This document shows, one piece after another, positions 36,270 to 46,400 of a stretch of 64,000 bases of DNA. Each line of letters opens with the position of its first letter. Position 1 is the stretch's first letter. The notes beneath the pieces were generated by a model. It was not told the origin of the DNA, did not search any database, and was given only the letters and a program-made list of their open reading frames with translations. Made by a program: the position numbers and the translations under genes. The DNA is from a virus. Where the stretch lies: positions 64,001 to 128,000 of the IMG/VR virus record IMGVR_UViG_3300003690_000003. The stretch is one strand, 5' to 3'.

Positions 36270-37651
36270 TACATATCTAGCTTAAGCTTGAATGTCATAT
36301 CCCGGGCTTCGGTTTTCTTAACGGGGGTAGCGAGCTTAACAACTCCGATTATGTTCTGCTGTACATCATATAGGACTATTTGACTAATGTACGTTGTTTT
36401 CACAAAACTTCCTGTAGGATCATTATAATCTGAATACGTAGTATTTTTAATCCCTAATGCCTCATTTTCATAAAATCCGATTGGGCCGGCCTCAAAAACA
36501 CCTGCGCCACTTTCAGAAACAAAAGTTGGATTATTTGAATGATTAAGCTCATTTTTTCTAGCATGTGCAAACATGGTTATAGTGGGGGTAACTGTCGTTC
36601 CTTTATAACTCAAATTCCAGCTTGTCTCATCGTGATCTTGAGTTTGAGTGGCCGGGTCGATCGCGCCGTCGATGCCGGCAGCAAAATACTTCCACTGGGG
36701 GGAGTTAATGTCTCCGTCATACGTCTCCTGAAATACCGGGTCTACATCCCAGGAACCGGTTAATACTATAAATCCTTCATTATATAATATAACGCCGGCT
36801 ACAGAACCAGAACCTTCACCTTGAGCATAAGCTGTGCCGGAAACTTGAATAAGATTTCCATTTCTATTCTTATCTTGTAGTTCTGCTACCAAAGTACCAC
36901 TAATATAGGTTTTTAGACTCACAGAGCCTTTTTTAATCGAGGTACCATAAAAAATCGAAGGAATAGAAATAAGTGCAACATCCGTCGCTCCGAGTTCCGC
37001 CCCACTCGCTAACAAGTTTCTTAGAGAAGAAGATACAGCATATTGTGGACTTAGCTTTTTATAATAGTTTAACGTATTCTTTAACGCATATAAATGCGAA
37101 ACCGATCCAGAGCTTGATACTTCCAAAGGGCCGCTGCCATCGGGTCCAGATGCTGTTATAACCGAGGACTCAAGGCGCGACGCGGAGGCTAGCCAATACT
37201 CTCTAGAAATCGAAGCCGTCAGGGGATAAGTATGAGTCATCACATCCCCCAGATTATTATCAGTGTTGAAGCTAGTTGTGCTTACAGTTTTAAATGAAGT
37301 ACGCGTGCCATCTTTAACCACAAACGGCTGAATGATAGGATTGAGACCTTTATAAGTATCTCTCGGGTCTGTTCCGTTTGCGACTGCCGCTTCCAAGGCT
37401 GGGAGCTTTACTCCCAAAGCATTTGCCAAGGCGGGAGGTTGCATAGCGCTTCCAGAACGGTCCACGTTCTCTTCAAAAAGAGAAATATAGCCAGGGGCGC
37501 AACTAAGAACACTGCCCGTGAACGAACCACTCATAGGAATGTTTTTATTATAGTATGCTATTCCCTGATATATATCAAACTCTATCAGAGGGTAAGATCT
37601 GATTGAATTAATAAAAAGATCATTACTTTGAAACTTAAAGATGTATGACAT
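36269..37651 (-). CDS. Baseplate/tail-associated structural protein
   Basis: 460 aa; IKKGS, ELNHSNNPTF, C-terminal YISQIVLYD...KLATPVKK...KLKLD; paralog of 37682-38782. Confidence 0.65.
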   Translation of the reverse strand: MSYIFKFQSNDLFINSIRSYPLIEFDIYQGIAYYNKNIPMSGSFTGSVLSCAPGYISLFEENVDRSGSAMQPPALANALGVKLPALEAAVANGTDPRDTYKGLNPIIQPFVVKDGTRTSFKTVSTTSFNTDNNLGDVMTHTYPLTASISREYWLASASRLESSVITASGPDGSGPLEVSSSGSVSHLYALKNTLNYYKKLSPQYAVSSSLRNLLASGAELGATDVALISIPSIFYGTSIKKGSVSLKTYISGTLVAELQDKNRNGNLIQVSGTAYAQGEGSGSVAGVILYNEGFIVLTGSWDVDPVFQETYDGDINSPQWKYFAAGIDGAIDPATQTQDHDETSWNLSYKGTTVTPTITMFAHARKNELNHSNNPTFVSESGAGVFEAGPIGFYENEALGIKNTTYSDYNDPTGSFVKTTYISQIVLYDVQQNIIGVVKLATPVKKTEARDMTFKLKLDM

Positions 37652-37666
37652 TGTTCTCTACCTTTT

Positions 37667-37674
37667 TAATTAGG
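37667..37674 (-). promoter_or_regulatory. Late-promoter-like motif CCTAATTA
   Basis: Recurrent motif. Confidence 0.45.
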
Positions 37675-37681
37675 TAGAATA

Positions 37682-38782
37682 TTAATAATCCAATCGAACC
37701 CTGAGTGTGAACTCATCATCGGGAGTCTTTTTAAGCGGCTCGGATAACTTTGCAGTTGCTAGAAGTTCGTTATCTGCGGAATAAAGACCTATTGTGGTAA
37801 TATATGAAACAGGACTATCATTGCTATTATTTTTAACTACAAGTTTGCTTGCGTTAAGATAGGTTGGATTAGAGGAATAGTTAAACTCATTGTTGTTTGC
37901 ACGACAGAAATAAATCGTCGAGTTTAGTTCGGTTGTATTGTTGAAAGAAACGTTCACGAACCTATTTCGAAAAGTATCACAAGAGGCGCTAATGTATGAG
38001 CCGGTAAATTGCTGTTCCACCGTGGAGCCGGAAAGATTGCCCGCGGCATGCTCCAGGGCCCGGGTGGTAAAGACGCAATGAGCGGCCGCGGGTTGCTGGA
38101 CGTTGGCGTCGAATAGGGATGCCGTTAAAACGCATATACCAGCTTGATAAAAAACAAGGCCGGCCGGTATTCCGGTGGCGCTGGGCGAAGCTTCGTAGTA
38201 GGAGCCACTATAAAGAAGCCCATATTCGCCGGCCGGAGAATTAATCTTATAAGCATTAAGCCCTCCCACATCTTGAATAAGGCAGCTGCCCGAAGGGTTG
38301 ATCGCGAGACCCCCTGTTAATACCGTAAGTGAAAAACTGCCCTTTTTAATCTCGTCTTTACTAAGAAGTCGAGCAAAGTTAATAAAGATGCATTCCTTTA
38401 CTTTAGTACCCCCCGACAAATCACCGTCTTGGTCGAACTGGCGAATATTGCCGGTTACATCATAGCCAGCTAGCACTTGAGCCATTTCATTATAAATATT
38501 AATCTTCTTAGCCTGCTGAGGGTTGAGAGTTGAGGTAGGGCTTGAGGCCGAATATCCAGAGTTGGGCGAAAAACCAATCGTTAAATCAAAGACATGATTT
38601 GCCGAGGAACTTAAATAGGGATAATCATATACTGATTCAAACATCCCATGAGTGTAGTTTTTAATGTTATTATCGCCATAGGTTCCAGAAACAATCGTTC
38701 CTGTTAATGGAATCGCCTCGTGAAGCATCGTTCTTGTCGAAACTACATCATTGTTTAAAAGTGTTTTAAAAGTACTAGCCAT
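37682..38782 (-). CDS. Baseplate/tail-associated structural protein
   Basis: 366 aa; IKKGS, EFNYSSNPTY, YITTIGLY...AKLSEPLKK...RVRLDY. Confidence 0.65.
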   Translation of the reverse strand: MASTFKTLLNNDVVSTRTMLHEAIPLTGTIVSGTYGDNNIKNYTHGMFESVYDYPYLSSSANHVFDLTIGFSPNSGYSASSPTSTLNPQQAKKINIYNEMAQVLAGYDVTGNIRQFDQDGDLSGGTKVKECIFINFARLLSKDEIKKGSFSLTVLTGGLAINPSGSCLIQDVGGLNAYKINSPAGEYGLLYSGSYYEASPSATGIPAGLVFYQAGICVLTASLFDANVQQPAAAHCVFTTRALEHAAGNLSGSTVEQQFTGSYISASCDTFRNRFVNVSFNNTTELNSTIYFCRANNNEFNYSSNPTYLNASKLVVKNNSNDSPVSYITTIGLYSADNELLATAKLSEPLKKTPDDEFTLRVRLDY

Positions 38783-38791
38783 TATATTATC

Positions 38792-39755
38792 CTATATCTG
38801 CTTTACATATCTAATAGGAACTTCGACCCTATAACCCGTTGTAATCCCAGTTACGGCAATAAACGTATCGATAAACTTATAGGTTTCGCCGGCGGTTGTG
38901 CCGTCCATCGAGCCAATGACGTCGGCGCCAGAGGACCCTAGTACACTAAAAAGATAATCATTTGTTTTTTGTTTTTACTGAAGTAGAAGAGCCGATTCGA
39001 AAGCCAATCCGAGTGCCGCGGGGGCCGTCGAGGGGCGTCGTACTGCCGGCATTCAACGAGCTCACAAAACTAGAATCGCCCTGTGTTAAATAATATGTTG
39101 CTATATTATCATCATCAATAAAACTAACATCTGCCACTGTGGTGTTAACCGCTGACACCAAATAACCAAGTCTATTGTCCATTTCTACCAAATATTGAGT
39201 CTCTATTAAGTCGGGGTCAAGATTTAACTCCTGAGATATATCAGTAGTATTGAGGCCCTGATCTAGCTTAATCGAGTTCGGGCCAACGTCGCTGGCCGCA
39301 CGTGAGCCATTTAAAACTCCATCTAAATCCGCCGGAATATTTACAAAGTTCCCTGCGAGGCCATTAATCGTTGAAACGGTGTTATCATCTACCACAATAA
39401 TATACGTGTCTTCGCCAGCACCTGCGAGAGGAAACCGCGCCGAACCCTGAAAATAGTTAGGTATTATCACTGGTAAATATAACAGATCATCTCTGGAGAT
39501 ACTCAAAAGTTTTGATTTTACCGAGGAGGTGTTGTTAGTAAATGCTTCTAAAACTGGAGTTTGCAAAATCTGTAAGTCGTAATAGGCCGACCCACTGGGA
39601 TTATTTTTATCGTAAAGATTGTAGTTTATTTCATCATCAGCTAAAGCAAATTTGGTGATTTTAAAGGTGCCATCCCCTTTGGCCAATCGCATGCGGCCGG
39701 TATCAGTTAAAACGGCATCTAAAATAATATCGCCAGAGTTGTCTAAAAATGCCAT
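38792..39755 (-). CDS. Baseplate-associated structural protein, interrupted by a 7-bp duplication at 38963-38976
   Basis: ORF 38958-39755 stops right after (TGTTTTT)x2; the +1 frame continues 56 codons (NDYLFSVLG...YKFIDT...TGYRVEVPIRYVKQI) to TAG at 38792. Confidence 0.7.
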
Positions 39756-39773
39756 AGTGTGAATCCTTCTTGT

Positions 39774-39781
39774 TAATTAGT
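39774..39781 (-). promoter_or_regulatory. Late-promoter-like motif ACTAATTA
   Basis: Recurrent motif. Confidence 0.5.
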
Positions 39782-39805
39782 CTTTAATATTAAATAAATC
39801 CCATA

Positions 39806-42800
39806 TTAGGATTGTTCCTCGGGATTAATGATTGGAACCTCTTCTAGCCGCACATTTAAATCGAGCTTTTTACCAGTATTCTTGGATATTATTCTAACCT
39901 TAAATACCTTTTTATTGGTTGAAGCGTGATATTCTCCTAGGCCGTCGAGCCGCGGCGACCAAACACCATCTTCACTGCCTATATGGGTAGAACTTCCCAA
40001 TAAACCCTGTAATCCTGTCAAAGCTGCCGGATTCAACGCTGCAGTTTCAAATGGAGAGCCAGCATCCGCTGAGATAAGCTTTTGCGCAAAGGCTGCCCCG
40101 ATGTGAAGATACTTACGAAAAGGCTTTTTAACACCCTTAATAACTACACTATCATCAATATGATTAGAAATATAAAATACATTTACTATTGGGAACATTC
40201 TTCCGTTATCATCTACTATTTCCAAATGATAAATAGGAGAAGGTATTGATAAGCCTCCGTGATAATCTATGCACCTAAAAGTATAATAATATTTGGTATT
40301 GGGCTCTATAACATCATCGAAACTCATACTTGTCGCCCGGCGGCCACTTGGCAAAACGCCCGGCATTGTCGCATGTAGATGTGGTGCAAAATCTGCATAA
40401 GACATTGGTTTCTCTGTCATTCTATAAATCTCAAATGTTATATCTGTGTCATCAGAACCAAATATAATAGGAGGACCCGTAACCTTGCCGGTGTCAACGT
40501 TGACTACGGCTGGTCGCTGCTGGTACTCTCTTTGCACATCATAGCGAGGCCTGTCCTCCATTTCGTTTATCATAAACTTTTCAGGAGTAAATACATACTT
40601 TACGTTTTGAGTTTGCATTAAAAATCGTACTCTATTATTAACACCCTTAAATGGGACAGTCTCTATTTCGGGAAATACCGGAGGCAAATCTCTCACTTGG
40701 ACTGTATCAAACTCGTAATAAGGAGTTTCTATTATTTTGGCTGATATAAACTGATGTGCATAAAACGACTTTGCATAAATATTTCCAAAGTGAGAAACCT
40801 CCGTATAGTTGTAGCCAGAGGGCCACACCGCGGGGGATCCCGGCAGCTCTATGTTTTCATAACAATATTGATTCCCAATCACAAAGTTATATGCATATAT
40901 GATATATTTATACCTCACGCCATAATGAACTTGTGTATCAAAATATTTAATCTTATCCAACGCCATTACGTTTGGAAAATAGAAAGTTTGAAGAGGGTTA
41001 TTAATATCGTAAAGTGCCTTTCCGGTATTAGGATCCACTCCTGTAACTTTATGTTTGCAAACTTTAAAAGCCAAAGTTTCACTATAAGCTAGTTTTCCAT
41101 TTATCATTTCTAAATAAGATCGAGACTTTTTGCGTATAATGTTCTCAAAAGCCTGTAATATCGACTGAAAAGCTGCCGGGGTGGCCACCGTCTTATAATC
41201 AGCGCCGTCGTATACTATCTTAGGGCTCGACCTGTCCGAATCATAGCTTCCTACTTCGCTAGCGGTACCCGTACTCTGGCGCATGCCTTTTGGGCCCACC
41301 AAAATTCCACGGCCGCGCGCGATGCCCCTATATTTTATTTGACCAACCAGTGCACATGGTGTGGTGGCAGCCGTTGTCGGCGCCTCATTATTTGGTAATA
41401 AACTATCCTCGGTGCTGAGCGCCGGGAATCGGGGCACTTTGCGAGATAAGTTAGCATAATCAAGCATTCTTCCAACATCTAGACATCTAAGATTATACAG
41501 ACCTCTATCCCTATGGGGTCGCAGGCCCGATTCGCTCTCGGGAACTCCTCCCCACGTCATAAAGGGCGCTAGCGCGCCACCGCCATCTACCCAATCAAAC
41601 CCATAATAGGTATGTGTAGGAACGGTTCCCAACTGCATTCCTGGTGTGTCTGGGTCCTGATCCTCTGGAATAAACTCTGTAATTTGATTACTAAAATCTA
41701 TTGATTCATTGTAAGTATTGAAACCTTCTCCTCCGGTAGCCCCGGCATCCCAGTTATTCAGATTCATCAATACAAGATTGTTGGTAATAAAATCTGTTGC
41801 GCCCGGAATGCCTTCCAGACTCTCAATCAATTCTGTATTGACATCAAGGCCTGTCATAATCGTATCAAACTCTATTGCTACCCCGTATGGAAAGTCTTCA
41901 CGATCTTGATATCTAACAAAATCAGATTCCATCATATCTTTTGAAAACCCTATATGAGTATTGAGATATCTTAGCCACTTGGTTCCCGACGGGGCGCCGT
42001 GGGCTTTCAGCTCAGCAGAATACTTTTGAAGATAGCTTCTTTTAGGACTATCGTATCCTAGCTGAGCGATTTGATCGCGGCTGCTGGGCATCCCAAACTT
42101 ATTATATAGAGTACTCTGACGTTTTAAAACCCTTCGTACACCATCTCCGATGCGGTCGCCACCCCCAAAACGCTTTGCGGCGGCGGCGGATTTATAATCT
42201 ATGTAGTTATAAATCATATATGAGTTAGGCAAGAGCCTTTCATCTATATTTGAAGCTGATGTGGCAATCTCATAGTGTTTAGAAAAATAATTATATTTTG
42301 GCTCAATCTTAGCTACCTTAACTGTAGTGGGGGCTCCTGTGGTATGTATAGGGTGATTAGCGCCATAAGGAGTATAAAACTTATAAGCATGATCTTTAAA
42401 AAAACCATTATAATTGCCAACATATTGATGTAAAAAGCCCGGATATTCCGTCAGATCGTCATTGTCGATCCACGGGCTGGGGCTGAGTGTTGGGGGGGCC
42501 GGTCGTCGATGTAAACCCCAGAAGAGGTCCCATTTGGCGCCTTGGAGCGGCGCTCTCGTAAGGGACCATGGTTCTGTAATGCTATTAGTATCATCATCAG
42601 CAAAATTAGGCGGCACCTCCTCTGAAGCCAACACCCAGACCTCGTTGAGAGAATTGACAACAAGATACTTTTTTCGTGTAAGATTATTCATTTCCCGCGT
42701 ACCATTTGGGGGTAGTCCGCCGGCGCCAGTACCACCACCTGTGCCAGTCGTGTGATGGTAGGCGAGAGGAATCGACATGGACGCGTCGCCGAGGGAGGTG

Positions 42801-43381
42801 GGATATCCAATGTATATCCACAACGGCAGGAGGTTAGCCCATGGTTTCACTAGCAAATCAGTTATTCCACCCACAATGTCATTTTCTAAGACAGCAGCTA
42901 GAGCGCCTGCCATGTCGCCAATTCCAACCTCTCCTACTTCTTCTATGGGCCATTCTAAATCAGGTATCGTGGAGTCCGGTGTCAAAGGGTGAATGGTCGT
43001 CGCCAGCGCCGGTGTACGTCCTATTGAAAAAGCTATTTTATTTGTATTAATGTTATTAGGGGTATTTAAAATTTCAAGATCATCTGGTTCAAGACTGCCG
43101 TGATATTGGGTCTGATTCAAATAACCAAAGTCTGCATAGGTATTTGGACCGTCGCCGTCTTTAAAAGACCAATATCGCCCCATCGCGCCACGAAAAAAAT
43201 CTTGTTCTGTATAGTCCGGGCCTCGCGCGCGATCATTAGCACTCATATATGTCGTTCTTAGGCATGCATGATTTAAAGCAAACTTAGGGGATGTAATATC
43301 ATCCCACCTAATTGTACTTGTCCTTTCAAGTTTTGACACCCCGACCAAGCTTCTATCAACTAAAAGGTTTCGTTTACCCAT
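39806..43381 (-). CDS. Large hypothetical virion-region protein
   Basis: 1191 aa; C-terminal fibronectin-III-like strands (YFDTQVHYGVRYKYII, FDDVIEPNTKYYYTFR). Confidence 0.7.
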   Translation of the reverse strand: MGKRNLLVDRSLVGVSKLERTSTIRWDDITSPKFALNHACLRTTYMSANDRARGPDYTEQDFFRGAMGRYWSFKDGDGPNTYADFGYLNQTQYHGSLEPDDLEILNTPNNINTNKIAFSIGRTPALATTIHPLTPDSTIPDLEWPIEEVGEVGIGDMAGALAAVLENDIVGGITDLLVKPWANLLPLWIYIGYPTSLGDASMSIPLAYHHTTGTGGGTGAGGLPPNGTREMNNLTRKKYLVVNSLNEVWVLASEEVPPNFADDDTNSITEPWSLTRAPLQGAKWDLFWGLHRRPAPPTLSPSPWIDNDDLTEYPGFLHQYVGNYNGFFKDHAYKFYTPYGANHPIHTTGAPTTVKVAKIEPKYNYFSKHYEIATSASNIDERLLPNSYMIYNYIDYKSAAAAKRFGGGDRIGDGVRRVLKRQSTLYNKFGMPSSRDQIAQLGYDSPKRSYLQKYSAELKAHGAPSGTKWLRYLNTHIGFSKDMMESDFVRYQDREDFPYGVAIEFDTIMTGLDVNTELIESLEGIPGATDFITNNLVLMNLNNWDAGATGGEGFNTYNESIDFSNQITEFIPEDQDPDTPGMQLGTVPTHTYYGFDWVDGGGALAPFMTWGGVPESESGLRPHRDRGLYNLRCLDVGRMLDYANLSRKVPRFPALSTEDSLLPNNEAPTTAATTPCALVGQIKYRGIARGRGILVGPKGMRQSTGTASEVGSYDSDRSSPKIVYDGADYKTVATPAAFQSILQAFENIIRKKSRSYLEMINGKLAYSETLAFKVCKHKVTGVDPNTGKALYDINNPLQTFYFPNVMALDKIKYFDTQVHYGVRYKYIIYAYNFVIGNQYCYENIELPGSPAVWPSGYNYTEVSHFGNIYAKSFYAHQFISAKIIETPYYEFDTVQVRDLPPVFPEIETVPFKGVNNRVRFLMQTQNVKYVFTPEKFMINEMEDRPRYDVQREYQQRPAVVNVDTGKVTGPPIIFGSDDTDITFEIYRMTEKPMSYADFAPHLHATMPGVLPSGRRATSMSFDDVIEPNTKYYYTFRCIDYHGGLSIPSPIYHLEIVDDNGRMFPIVNVFYISNHIDDSVVIKGVKKPFRKYLHIGAAFAQKLISADAGSPFETAALNPAALTGLQGLLGSSTHIGSEDGVWSPRLDGLGEYHASTNKKVFKVRIISKNTGKKLDLNVRLEEVPIINPEEQS

Positions 43382-43432
43382 TTGATTTTCCTATAGTATA
43401 TAGATTTTTCTTGATATTTTTAAACATATTGA

Positions 43433-46400
43433 TTAGTAATCTTGTCCATTATCGTTCTGCTCAAAAACGCGTGTAGGAATCGTAATCCCTGTTTGGTTTT
43501 CATATATAGTAATAACATTTCGTCTTCGAGGCATCGTGTGCCAACCAAACCATAGTTGCTTAAGAGTTCTAACCCCGCGGTCTCGATCACTATTAGCACT
43601 TCGTGGCGGGGGCCACGCTATAGGTCGATGTGAACCAGCTTGCCAACGTCGTTTGCCGTTGGGCAAGAGTTCCTTATACCACCTATAAAAAGCTATATAA
43701 ACCTGCACTCGTTCAGGCCCAGTAAGTGATGGCGGTGGGCCCGGTGTGGTCGGTGCTTGTTGTTGCGCGGCCGCATAACCAGTAGTAGTAGTGGTCATGG
43801 TAGCCGCGGCAGTTGTAGTGGCAGCCGCGGCAGCTGCTACACGGGTGGCTTCGGCTGCGGCAGCAGCGGCTGCTGCGGCGGCTGCTTGTTGGGCCTGGGC
43901 TGCGGCTGCCGCGGTGGCGCGAGCTGCTGCAGCCTGCTGTGCAGCATATGCAACAGCAGCCGTGGGGTTGGTTCCAACTCTTGTGTCTGTGTCGTATGAG
44001 TTAGCAAACTCGATAGAATCAGAAAATGAATCAATATTTGCAGCAATATTGGATGGGACCCCATATGTTATTGCTACGGCCTGAGTGGGACTTGGATTGG
44101 GTAACTCCAGAACTGCGCCTTCGCCTCCAATCACAAATAGCTCATTATAAATAGGCATCTTTAAGCCATCAAAATTAGCCAAATGTGTTTTGTGTCTTTT
44201 AAGGCGACACATTAAAGATCTATTACCGGTATCTGCGGCTTGTACAACTGATAGAGTAAGCGGATACCAAACCGGTGCCGTAACAATCGATCCCACCCCA
44301 CCGAGCATATAAGCATGCATATATTCTACTATATATACAAATCCATATCGAGCTGCTATCAATGCGGTATTACCCGGATCAATATTTCCGTCAGATACTT
44401 CATTAATAAATGCCATTTCAGAAGGCGCCGGAGGCGGTAAAGGAGTTGTGGCTGGATTAGCAAACGCGGGAGAACTGAGGGCTGGTGAACTAGCCAAACT
44501 AGCCGCCATATTTCCTTGCTCAACCTGGGCCTGAACTTGAGGGAGGCCAGCGCCTCCTACAAAAAAGTTCCCTGCGCTCAGCGTTGTTAGGGCGGGGACT
44601 ATTGGATTGGGCTTTCCATTAAAAAAGTCCCCTTGAGTCAAATAGTTAGAAATCTGAGAAACATTAGCGACGAGTTGAGTTGCCAAATTTGAGGTGCTAC
44701 CACCAGCACCAGGCTGTAAAAGATTTATTGCTGCACTACCACTCAAAGCTTCGGCAGCAGCTTCGCGTTCAGGTTCGGTAATAAACTCTGAGTTTAATGA
44801 AAAAAGGTTGCTGACATCAAGGCCTTTCTCAGCATTAGCGCTCAGGTCCTCCGTGGTTGCAGGGGTGTTAAAAACGTTTTTTATAGGATTTTGTGGAGTA
44901 TTTTGAAATACCGTTGCGACACAGTTATTAAAATGCATTATTCCATTTTGATTTTGAATTAGCCTTGTATTCGTATGTTGCAACGCCGGATTAGTTGCTT
45001 TAAGTCCCGGCGTACTAGCAAAAGTAATAGGAGAGTTTTTATTTATATTGGCCGAAAGAATCTCGTAAAACGCTTCCTCTATGGCATTTTTAGTTGTATT
45101 ATTATCTGAGAAAATGTCCAAAGGCTTCCGACCCGGTATTCTTAAAAAGTTAGGAGTTAAAAATATTGCGCCCTGTTGGGTGACCCCATCATTTTTTCCT
45201 GTCTCGTTGGCGACTAACCGGCCCCATTGATCAAAAGTAAGTCGCTTAATGGTCCCGCCGACCGCGGCGTCGGTAGTCGAACCTACACTTAAAAGTCTCT
45301 TTGTGTTCAAAAAATCCAATCCATAAGGACGCAAAGCATCAGTGTCTATCGATTCCAAAAAGAACTGTCTAATGGTAAATATTTTTTTGCCCCCGGTCGT
45401 GGGTGCGGCGGGCGCCTGGGTCATGCTAGTTGTAGATCCTTTAGTTACTCCTATAGCACTCCTCAACGAAGAAGAAAAATCCCTGAGAAGCCTTATTAAA
45501 AATTCTATACCAGATGGTCCCGTAATCAAGGGGTTCACCGCAATAAATAAATTCATCTGTTCTTGAAGCGTTTGAGGACCAAAAAAGAAACCCATGGCAG
45601 TCAAATATTTGTTAACCGCTATAGACCACGGAGCTCCCACTACGATGGTAATAACTCCGCCTCCGAACTGTCGAGCTCGAATGTTTGCATCACGCGCAAG
45701 AGTTTGGCTGACTAACTCTTGACCCTCAGTTCCTGTAATGACGCCCATGCCGCCAATGGCTGGCTGGCCTCCAAAATCTATAATATTCTGAAGGGCGGCG
45801 CTGTACTGTTGAATAGCACCCTGGGCTACGGCTGCTGTTGTAGTTAAACTTTGTTCAATGGGCCCCATGTCAGAAACTGCACCATAGTCTACATCTCGCG
45901 GGGCACCGGTGGCGGGGTCAATATATTCAAGTGCCTCGCCGCTTTTAATTTTTTCTATAAACAAGGGTGTATAGCGATTAGTCGTAATATTATAGTTACC
46001 AGAAAGTAAAGAGGTGCTCAGAAATCTTTCTAGCTGAACGATTAATAAATCGATGCCCGGGTCAGCAGGATCTGGCTTGGTTAAAATCTGTAAAATTTTA
46101 TCTCTTGACTTATCTTCTATGGTTATCTCAACCCCATATTCATATAATCCAGTTGTAATATCTTTAATACTATTATCGCGGATCTGATATTGCATGACTC
46201 CAGTTGAGGTGTTATAATCCATTCGTTGTGGTTCGCCCACTACTTCTACTCTTTTATCAAACAAACGCAAGGGCGAATCCCCACCGGTTAATTTATTAAA
46301 TACATTAGGCTTATTAACTCTGCGCCTTATAACCCTTATTGATTCCATATTACAACTTGTTAACTTATCATTAACATTATTATATAAAGCTTCATATTTG

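Noticed and set aside
38964-38970. A_AAA_AAC classic -1 slippery heptamer
   Set aside because: The -1 frame stops after about 7 codons; the plausible continuation is in the +1 frame and is explained by the 7-bp duplication
43790-43960. GCN-rich low-complexity tract giving ORFs in several frames
   Set aside because: Explained by the poly-Ala linker of the 1319-aa protein
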